13,028 nt of DNA from assembly GCF_004376175.1 (NCBI RefSeq), contig NZ_SNUY01000004.1, positions 99,151-112,178 on the forward strand, read 5' to 3'. Both the position numbers and the translations under genes were made by a program. The DNA comes from Halalkalibacterium halodurans (lineage in GTDB: Bacteria; Bacillota; Bacilli; Bacillales; Bacillaceae_D). The notes beneath the pieces were generated by a model that worked only from the letters and a program-made list of their open reading frames with translations, made no database searches and was not told the origin of the DNA. This document shows, one piece after another, positions 7,851-13,028 of this stretch. Each line of letters begins with the position of its first letter. The stretch's first letter is position 1.

Positions 7851-8345
7851 TCATATATAATGTTTCCGTTTGTTGTCACTAGGAGCAATATAGTGAATTC
7901 GCGTAGCAAAAAAAGCAAAGACAATATACAGAACAGCACCAATCCAAGCTCCAACCGTATTCAAGATGACATCATCCACGTTCGCCACTCGATACGTGAA
8001 CAAAAATTGGTTCGTTTCAATGAATAGGCTAAATAAACAACCAAGCCCTACAATTGTTTTCAGCTTGTGGATTTTTTTTACTGCCATCGGTAATAAAAAC
8101 CCAAACGGGATAAACAACAACACATTTCCGAGCAAAATACGAATCGGATCCCATATATCTGGACTGAACACAGAAATGCGATAAATGCTCCGCAACGGCA
8201 CTAAGTTGTAATTTCGCCCTCCAGGCCCTTCTGGTCCAAGGGAAGCTCCATAGTTCCATGCAAATAACGTTATATATAAGACAACGATTAAATATAGCAA
8301 GAAAAGGATGGCCCATCTCTGTTTGTTCTTTCTGTTCGTCACCAT
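7851..8345 (-). CDS. VanZ-family membrane protein, 164 aa
   Basis: It has four TM segments. VanZ-like motifs are present: NLVPLRSI, LLGNVLLFIPFGFLLP, ETNQF and NVDDVILNTVGAWIG. The SD GGGAG is 5-6 nt upstream. Confidence 0.8.
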   Translation of the reverse strand: MVTNRKNKQRWAILFLLYLIVVLYITLFAWNYGASLGPEGPGGRNYNLVPLRSIYRISVFSPDIWDPIRILLGNVLLFIPFGFLLPMAVKKIHKLKTIVGLGCLFSLFIETNQFLFTYRVANVDDVILNTVGAWIGAVLYIVFAFFATRIHYIAPSDNKRKHYI

Positions 8346-8452
8346 CTACACTCCCTTGAATTTAAGAGGACTGTCCCTATTATTTCGTGTTTTTGTATGG
8401 AAAACAAGCTTTTTTTATAGTAAATAACCGACAGGAACAAACAATTCCCCTA

Positions 8453-8493
8453 CAAAAAATAGCAGCCTTGATCGCTTTTTGCGGTCAAGGCTG
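8453..8493 (-). terminator. Strong rho-independent terminator after sspN
   Basis: CAGCCUUGA (8493-8485) pairs with UCAAGGCUG (8471-8463), a perfect 9-bp stem plus 3 further inner pairs and a 5-nt loop. It is followed by CUAUUUUUUG and starts 5 nt after the sspN stop. Confidence 0.8.
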
Positions 8494-8497
8494 TATT

Positions 8498-8638
8498 TCA
8501 ACCTTTCGGAGGGATGTATTGGGGGTTCTCATTCCCTTTTGTGTTCATCTTTTTCCCTTTATTGGCATCTGACTTTCTCGGCTGGGTTCCTAAGTGATCT
8601 GGGCGAAACTGGGCAGAACCATGTTTCATCTTCGCCAT
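8498..8638 (-). CDS. sspN: Small acid-soluble spore protein N, 46 aa (below the ORF-track cut-off)
   Basis: I translated it by hand as MAKMKHGSAQFRPDHLGTQPRKSDANKGKKMNTKGNENPQYIPPKG. The F-x-P-x-H-L/I-G-T-Q...NKGK-x-M pattern matches the SspN sequences I recall. A perfect SD, AAAGGAGGTG, is 5 nt upstream of the ATG at 8638. The terminator follows immediately. Confidence 0.8.
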   Translation of the reverse strand: MAKMKHGSAQFRPDHLGTQPRKSDANKGKKMNTKGNENPQYIPPKG

Positions 8639-8644
8639 ATGAGC

Positions 8645-8677
8645 ACCTCCTTTTGTTCTTTAGATTTTGAAGGAGGT
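8645..8677 (-). promoter_or_regulatory. Anti-SD/SD hairpin occluding the sspN ribosome-binding site
   Basis: On the minus-strand RNA, ACCUCCUU (8677-8670) is perfectly complementary to the sspN SD AAGGAGGU (8652-8645). The stem is 8 bp with a 17-nt loop and no U-tract, so it is not a terminator. Confidence 0.4.
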
Positions 8678-8684
8678 CTTTCTT

Positions 8685-8822
8685 CTATCCGTGCAATTTT
8701 TTACTTATATGTCGTTGCTCCCATCGCTCCTCGATTTTCTCCATCGCCTCTTTATCATTTAAAAGCTGATCTCTGTTTTCTGAAACTAACTCTTGAAATG
8801 ACAATTTTCTGATTTTTCTCAT
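8685..8822 (-). CDS. FbpB-like small basic protein (Fur-regulated basic protein B family resemblance), 45 aa, below the ORF-track cut-off
   Basis: I translated it by hand as MRKIRKLSFQELVSENRDQLLNDKEAMEKIEERWEQRHISKKLHG. The pattern MRK-basic-SF-x-ELV-x-EN-x-x-x-LL-x-D-x-x-A-x-E-x-IE matches my recollection of the FbpB family. The SD GAGGTGGAAA is directly upstream of the ATG at 8822. Confidence 0.55.
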   Translation of the reverse strand: MRKIRKLSFQELVSENRDQLLNDKEAMEKIEERWEQRHISKKLHG

Positions 8823-8846
8823 GTTTCCACCTCTTTCATTTTTAAA

Positions 8847-8876
8847 CAGTATGGCAAATGAGGTGGAAAAGTATAC
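8847..8876 (-). promoter_or_regulatory. Candidate forespore-type (sigma-G-like) promoter for the fbpB-like/sspN pair
   Basis: Minus strand reads GTATA (8876-8872), an 18-nt spacer, then CATACTG (8853-8847). This compares with the recalled GnATR-N17/18-CATnnTA. It has the same layout as the candidate tlp promoter. No Fur box (TGATAATnATTATCA) is present in 8823-8897. Confidence 0.35.
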
Positions 8877-8897
8877 ATTTTTGCACGTGCTATAGAC

Positions 8898-9596
8898 TTA
8901 TTTTTTGCTCAAATAAATGGATTGTGTCTCATCAATCGTCATTAAGAAGACATCCTGCTGAGTCACCCCATGTTCAGCTAATTTTTCTCTCAACCAATTG
9001 AGATTACCAACTTTCTTTACATTTGCATGGACGATCCGCCCATCTTCAATTAACACACTCTGATATCCTTTATCCTCAGGGTGCTGTCCCATATCATTTG
9101 GTGTTAACGCGTCATATTGAGATTTTTTAATGACGCTAATCGCTCCATTCATTTCGAGAATCGCATAATCCACTTCATTCAAGTCAGCCGCTCCTGCTTG
9201 ACGAAGACCCATTAGAAGTTCGTCGACGGTTATTTTCGCCTTACGAAGTTGTTCCTTCAAAACCTGTCCATGACGCATGATAATAATCGGCTCATCTTCA
9301 ATAATTCGTCGAAATCGTGGAGTTCTTAAAGCGATTATCGAAAGCATTAAATGCAATCCTGAGATAATAGCCGCAGCAACCACCGGTCCTGCCATTGGTA
9401 ACTCTCCATCAACAAGAGGTTCACCTAAAACATCCCCAATGACGACGGCAAAAATAAAATCAAGTGCATCGATTGAGCTCATAGAGCGCTGTCCAAGAAC
9501 CTTTACGATTAATAAAATATACAAGTAGACAATAAGCGCACGAATAATAAACCCATACAACGGTAAGGTTTCTGTCCCTTGCCAAAAGTCAAACAT
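8898..9596 (-). CDS. DUF421 (YetF-family) membrane protein, 232 aa
   Basis: The N-terminal TM region has the family pattern LGQRSMSSIDALDFIFAVVIGDVLGEPL, and a C-terminal soluble domain follows. Size and layout resemble B. subtilis YetF/YkjA/YrbG. Confidence 0.85.
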   Translation of the reverse strand: MFDFWQGTETLPLYGFIIRALIVYLYILLIVKVLGQRSMSSIDALDFIFAVVIGDVLGEPLVDGELPMAGPVVAAAIISGLHLMLSIIALRTPRFRRIIEDEPIIIMRHGQVLKEQLRKAKITVDELLMGLRQAGAADLNEVDYAILEMNGAISVIKKSQYDALTPNDMGQHPEDKGYQSVLIEDGRIVHANVKKVGNLNWLREKLAEHGVTQQDVFLMTIDETQSIYLSKK

Positions 9597-9604
9597 ACTG
9601 TTAT

Positions 9605-9754
9605 TTACTCCTTTGCAAAAAATGCGGCTTCGTCCGCTTTGTTTTTCATCCCCATTTTCCCTACCTCCATCTCGGCATATGTGGGGATAGGACGCGACTT
9701 TTTCTCTTTGCCTTGCTCTTGATTTTTTACTTTTTTATTAGTTGGTTGATTCAT
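9605..9754 (-). CDS. Hypothetical lysine-rich micro-protein, 49 aa (below the ORF-track cut-off)
   Basis: I translated it by hand as MNQPTNKKVKNQEQGKEKKSRPIPTYAEMEVGKMGMKNKADEAAFFAKE. The SD AAAAAGGAG is 9 nt upstream of the ATG at 9754. Its stop lies 8 nt before the DUF421 start, and its last codons (AAG GAG) form that gene's SD. I recognise no family. Confidence 0.45.
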   Translation of the reverse strand: MNQPTNKKVKNQEQGKEKKSRPIPTYAEMEVGKMGMKNKADEAAFFAKE

Positions 9755-9804
9755 GGGGCTTCACTCCTTTTTCTCTCCCGTTATTGTGTAACATTTCGTT
9801 TGTT

Positions 9805-9832
9805 TTTATAATATGGTACGTGAAATTATCAA
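9805..9832 (-). promoter_or_regulatory. Candidate sigma-A promoter for the micro-ORF/DUF421 pair
   Basis: Minus strand reads TTGATA (9832-9827), a 16-nt spacer, then TATAAA (9810-9805), downstream of the citB terminator. An alternative, TTGACA-N17-GATAAA, lies about 45 nt further upstream. Confidence 0.3.
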
Positions 9833-9892
9833 AATAAACTTAGCTTATCGCTCTTTCTTTATCGAAGTTAATAAAGAATGTGTCAATTGAAT

Positions 9893-9929
9893 ATAAAAAG
9901 CTCAGCCCTCTATAGAAAAGAGCTGAGCT
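9893..9929 (-). terminator. Rho-independent terminator after citB
   Basis: AGCUCAGC (9929-9922) pairs with GCUGAGCU (9906-9899), a perfect 8-bp stem, followed by UUUUUAUAUU. It starts 11 nt after the citB stop. Confidence 0.7.
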
Positions 9930-9939
9930 AAAATCACCA

Positions 9940-12663
9940 TTACTTTTTGATTTGGGTAAATTTGTTACGAAGAACCATTTGTAAGATTCCACCATGACGG
10001 TAGTAGTCTATTTCCACTTCACTGTCAAAGCGTACGAGAACATCAAATTCTGTTTTGTTGCCCGCTTCGTCCGTTGCTACAACCTTTACCGTTTCACGCG
10101 GCTTCACATCGTTTGTAATGTGGACTTCAAATGTTTCTTTTCCTGTTAAGCCAAGAGATTCAGCATTGTCGCCTTCCTTAAATTGAAGCGGAAGAACACC
10201 CATAAGGACGAGGTTGCTACGGTGAATACGCTCGTAGCTTTCAGCAATAACCGTTTTAATGCCGAGAAGGTTCGTACCTTTCGCTGCCCAGTCACGAGAG
10301 GAACCCATACCATAATCTTTCCCTGCAAGAATGGCAAGGCCTGTACCTTCCTCTTTATAACGCATCGCAGCATCATAAATGCTTGTGACTTCTCCCGTTG
10401 GCCAGTAAGTCGTGTAACCACCTTCAGTTCCTGGGGCAATTTGGTTGCGAATCCGAATGTTTGCAAACGTTCCGCGCATCATGACTTCATGGTTACCACG
10501 ACGAGATCCGTAGGAGTTGAAGTCTTTTGGTTCTACCCCTTTTGAAATTAAGTACTGACCTGCTGGCGTATTTTTACCAATCGCTCCTGCTGGAGAGATA
10601 TGGTCAGTCGTCACTGTATCTCCAAATTTACCGATGACACGCAAACCAGAAAGTGGTTTAATTTCTTCTGGATCTGGTGAAAGATCTTCAAAGAACGGTG
10701 GGTTTTGGATATATGTTGAATCATCATCCCACTTATAAAGCGGTTCATCCGTTGTTTCGATTTCATTCCAACGTTCATTGCTCGTAAAGACATTTTCGTA
10801 CTCTCTACGGAACAATTCAGGTGTAACTGTTTCTTCAACGACTTTCTTAATTTCGTCAGCGGACGGGAAAATGTCGTTAAAGAAAACATCGTTGCCATTT
10901 TTGTCTTTTCCAATTGGATCGTTTAATAAATCAATGTCAACCGTACCTGCAAGAGCATAGGCAACAACAAGCGGCGGTGATGCTAAATAGTTCGCTTTGA
11001 CGAGCGGATGGATCCGACCTTCAAAGTTACGGTTACCTGAGAGAACAGATGTCACGGTTAAATCGTTAGCGGCAACCGCCTCTTCAATTTCATCCTCGAG
11101 AGGACCGGAGTTTCCGATACATGTCGTACAGCCATAACCAACGATGTTAAAGCCAATTTGCTCAAGGTATGGAAGTAAACCAGAATCACGAAGATATCCT
11201 GTTACGACCTTTGAACCAGGAGCAAGCGACGTTTTAACATATTCAGGCACGTCTAGACCAAGCTCAACCGCTTTCTTTGCGACAAGCCCTGCTCCGATTA
11301 GCACGTATGGGTTTGACGTGTTCGTACAGCTTGTAATCGCCGCAATCGCAATCGAACCTGTGCGCATGGTTGTTTCACGACCGTCTTTAAACGAGACTTT
11401 CACTTCTTTATTAAATTCATCTTCTGTTAACCCGAGGCCTTGTGTTCCTTGTGGTGCCACAACCGCACGGTGGAACTCCTCTTGCATTTTTGAAAGAGGA
11501 ATAAGGTCTTGCGGACGTTTTGGACCGGAAAGGTTTGCCTCGATTTTTGAAAGGTCGATTTCAACAACGTCCGTGTACGTTGGGTCTTGTGTTTCACCAG
11601 GCACATAAAAGAGGCCATTAGCTTTGCAATAAGCTTCTACAAGCTTGATTTGCTCTTCAGAACGACCGGTGAGACGCATGTAATCTAACGCTTCATCATC
11701 AACTGGGAAGAATCCGCATGTTGCTCCGTATTCTGGTGCCATGTTCGAAATTGTCGCGCGGTCTGCTAACGGCATTTCGGCAAGGCCTGGACCGAAATAT
11801 TCCACAAATTTTCCAACTACTTTTTTCTCGCGAAGCACTTGTGTAACTTTTAAGGCAACATCTGTTGCTGTCGTTCCACTCGGTAAAGTTCCTGTGAATT
11901 TGACGCCAATTACTTCTGGAACTGGGAAGTAGGACGGTTGTCCAAGCATTCCTGCCTCAGCTTCAATTCCGCCAACACCCCAGCCGAGAACCCCGAGACC
12001 GTTAATCATCGTTGTATGAGAATCAGTACCTACAAGAGTATCAGGGAACGCAACTGTTTCCCCATCCTGCTCGTTCGCATGGACAACGTTTGCAATATAC
12101 TCAAGGTTTACTTGGTGAACAATTCCGGTTGCCGGTGGTACAGCACGATAATTGTTAAATGCTTTCTTCGCCCAATTTAAAAACTTGTAACGCTCTTCAT
12201 TTCGTTGAAATTCCAGGTTCATGTTGAACTCAAGGGAATCGTTCGTTCCGAACTTGTCCACTTGTACAGAGTGGTCAATGACGAGATCAACTGGAATCTC
12301 AGGATTGATCTGATCTGCGGAACCTCCCATGTCAGCCATCGCTTTACGAAGTGACGCTAGGTCAACAACAGCCGGAACACCTGTAAAGTCTTGCAAAATG
12401 ACACGTGAAGGTTTAAACGGTACATCGATATCCTTTAATTGATCAGTACCCCACTTTGCAAGGTTTTTCACATGTTCTTCCTTAATCACATAGCCGTCAT
12501 ATTGGCGCAAGACGGATTCAAGAAGAACCTTGATGGAATACGGTAACTTGGAAACGTTACCTTCTCCCGCCTTCTCTAAGGCTTCCAAGGAATAGTAGTG
12601 GTACGTTTTTCCGTCTACATCGAATGTAGATTTGGCATTAAACACATCGTTTGTCTTTGTCAT
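9940..12663 (-). CDS. citB: Aconitate hydratase A (aconitase / iron-regulatory RNA-binding type), 907 aa
   Basis: The full-length aconitase signature is unmistakable: [79 protein letters not shown]. The start is set at the ATG at 12663 (MTKTNDVF), which follows GGAGGAGGG by 7 nt. The track's 12681 start adds 6 aa. Confidence 0.95.
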   Translation of the reverse strand: MTKTNDVFNAKSTFDVDGKTYHYYSLEALEKAGEGNVSKLPYSIKVLLESVLRQYDGYVIKEEHVKNLAKWGTDQLKDIDVPFKPSRVILQDFTGVPAVVDLASLRKAMADMGGSADQINPEIPVDLVIDHSVQVDKFGTNDSLEFNMNLEFQRNEERYKFLNWAKKAFNNYRAVPPATGIVHQVNLEYIANVVHANEQDGETVAFPDTLVGTDSHTTMINGLGVLGWGVGGIEAEAGMLGQPSYFPVPEVIGVKFTGTLPSGTTATDVALKVTQVLREKKVVGKFVEYFGPGLAEMPLADRATISNMAPEYGATCGFFPVDDEALDYMRLTGRSEEQIKLVEAYCKANGLFYVPGETQDPTYTDVVEIDLSKIEANLSGPKRPQDLIPLSKMQEEFHRAVVAPQGTQGLGLTEDEFNKEVKVSFKDGRETTMRTGSIAIAAITSCTNTSNPYVLIGAGLVAKKAVELGLDVPEYVKTSLAPGSKVVTGYLRDSGLLPYLEQIGFNIVGYGCTTCIGNSGPLEDEIEEAVAANDLTVTSVLSGNRNFEGRIHPLVKANYLASPPLVVAYALAGTVDIDLLNDPIGKDKNGNDVFFNDIFPSADEIKKVVEETVTPELFRREYENVFTSNERWNEIETTDEPLYKWDDDSTYIQNPPFFEDLSPDPEEIKPLSGLRVIGKFGDTVTTDHISPAGAIGKNTPAGQYLISKGVEPKDFNSYGSRRGNHEVMMRGTFANIRIRNQIAPGTEGGYTTYWPTGEVTSIYDAAMRYKEEGTGLAILAGKDYGMGSSRDWAAKGTNLLGIKTVIAESYERIHRSNLVLMGVLPLQFKEGDNAESLGLTGKETFEVHITNDVKPRETVKVVATDEAGNKTEFDVLVRFDSEVEIDYYRHGGILQMVLRNKFTQIKK

Positions 12664-12686
12664 ATGCAGTCCCTCCTCCAAACACT

Positions 12687-12715
12687 ATCATACCGTAAGC
12701 TGTCAAAATTGTCTA
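12687..12715 (-). promoter_or_regulatory. Candidate sigma-A promoter for citB
   Basis: Minus strand reads TAGACA (12715-12710), a 17-nt spacer, then TATGAT (12692-12687). It would give a very short leader of about 17 nt that begins at the SD, which lowers my confidence. Confidence 0.25.
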
Positions 12716-12824
12716 AAATACGACTCATGGAAAATTGGATGCTGACGCAAAAAAGAAAGCGCTTTTAACCCTTTGCGACCTTTTTCCTTCTTAAGAATAG
12801 CAAAACTTCCTTCAAGAATAAATG

Positions 12825-12839
12825 GATTTTCAAAATTTT
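12825..12839 (-). promoter_or_regulatory. Weak CodY-box-like element upstream of citB
   Basis: Minus strand AAAATTTTGAAAATC matches the recalled consensus AATTTTCWGAAAATT at 11 of 15 positions. B. subtilis citB is known to be CodY- and CcpC-regulated. The region is AT-rich, so a chance match is plausible. Confidence 0.2.
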
Positions 12840-13028
12840 TTCACGATAAATTAAAAACAGCGGACAAAGTACGTAAAATTGAGCAAATGGTTCACACTAT
12901 CTGGTAGTGTCAAAAGTTCTATGAAAAACTAGCACGGTTCATACTACCTACCATTTATTAGGTGGAAATGCCACGCTATCGCTCTTGACAAACACACCAA
13001 TGGTTTATTCAGAGGTCAATCAAGGGCG

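Noticed and set aside
8387-8812. Three plus-strand track ORFs (8387-8572, 8479-8670, 8594-8812). One follows an apparent plus-strand SD, AAGGAGGT, at 8670-8677.
   Set aside because: The minus strand here encodes two small proteins with recognisable family patterns (SspN, FbpB-like), strong SDs and a strong terminator. The plus-strand 'SD' is simply the complement of the anti-SD element. The plus-strand translations have no features.
9624-9637. A GCGG-N6-CCGC hairpin followed by a U-run inside the 3' end of the 49-aa ORF. It could be an attenuator in front of the DUF421 gene.
   Set aside because: The stem is only 4 bp, which is too weak to call an intrinsic terminator.
9825-9831. A TGATAAT Fur-box half-site in the micro-ORF/DUF421 upstream region.
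   Set aside because: The second half (TCACGTA versus ATTATCA) does not match, and a single heptamer in AT-rich DNA is not meaningful.
12701-12706. A perfect TTGACA -35 hexamer (minus strand) just upstream of citB.
   Set aside because: No acceptable -10 lies 16-18 nt downstream. The spacing to TATGAT is only 8 nt. The overlapping TAGACA-N17-TATGAT arrangement fits better.
12985-13012. A plus-strand TTGACA with a possible TATTCA/TTTATT -10, suggesting a promoter for a gene beyond the window end.
   Set aside because: The spacers of 13-15 nt are non-canonical, and the downstream gene is not visible in this window.
1-13028. A search for CRISPR repeats, tRNA or rRNA genes, IS elements or inverted terminal repeats, integrase or recombinase genes, toxin-antitoxin pairs and known defence-system signatures.
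   Set aside because: I found no regularly spaced repeats, no cloverleaf-like or rRNA-like segments, no DDE, tyrosine or serine recombinase motifs and no nuclease, STAND, SIR2 or TIR-type motifs in any long ORF. The tandem AAA+ ATPase is the only protein that could be argued to be defence-like, and nothing else supports that reading.

Overview
The window looks like a chromosomal segment from an endospore-forming Bacillaceae genome. Nearly everything is encoded on the minus strand. I recognise 13 coding regions, three of them below the ORF-track size cut-off. In minus-strand transcription order they are: aconitase (citB), a 49-aa lysine-rich micro-ORF, a DUF421/YetF-family membrane protein, an FbpB-like 45-aa basic micro-protein, SspN (46 aa), a VanZ-family protein, a TVP38/DedA-like membrane protein (the only plus-strand gene), a 2xLysM-GH18 YaaH/SleL-like spore cortex hydrolase, split CopC and CopD copper proteins, a 775-785 aa tandem AAA+ ATPase of the SpoVK/CbbX/EccA type, a hotdog-fold acyl-CoA thioesterase (YneP-like) and the spore protein Tlp. 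I see no tRNA or rRNA genes, CRISPR arrays, transposases, integrases or recognisable defence genes. The best candidate for something undescribed is the tandem AAA+ ATPase. It carries an unassigned helical N-domain of about 240 aa and its stop overlaps the thioesterase start (ATGA), and it sits in a block that separates the conserved pieces citB...sspN and yneP/tlp. Second, both micro-genes (fbpB-like and sspN) are preceded by perfect complements of their own Shine-Dalgarno sequences, which mimic the 16S rRNA 3' end. Third, there is an unannotated micro-ORF in front of the DUF421 gene. Fourth, the CopD protein has an extra C-terminal module. Family assignments come from my reading of motifs and recalled homologues, not from any search. 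Promoter and operator calls are low confidence.
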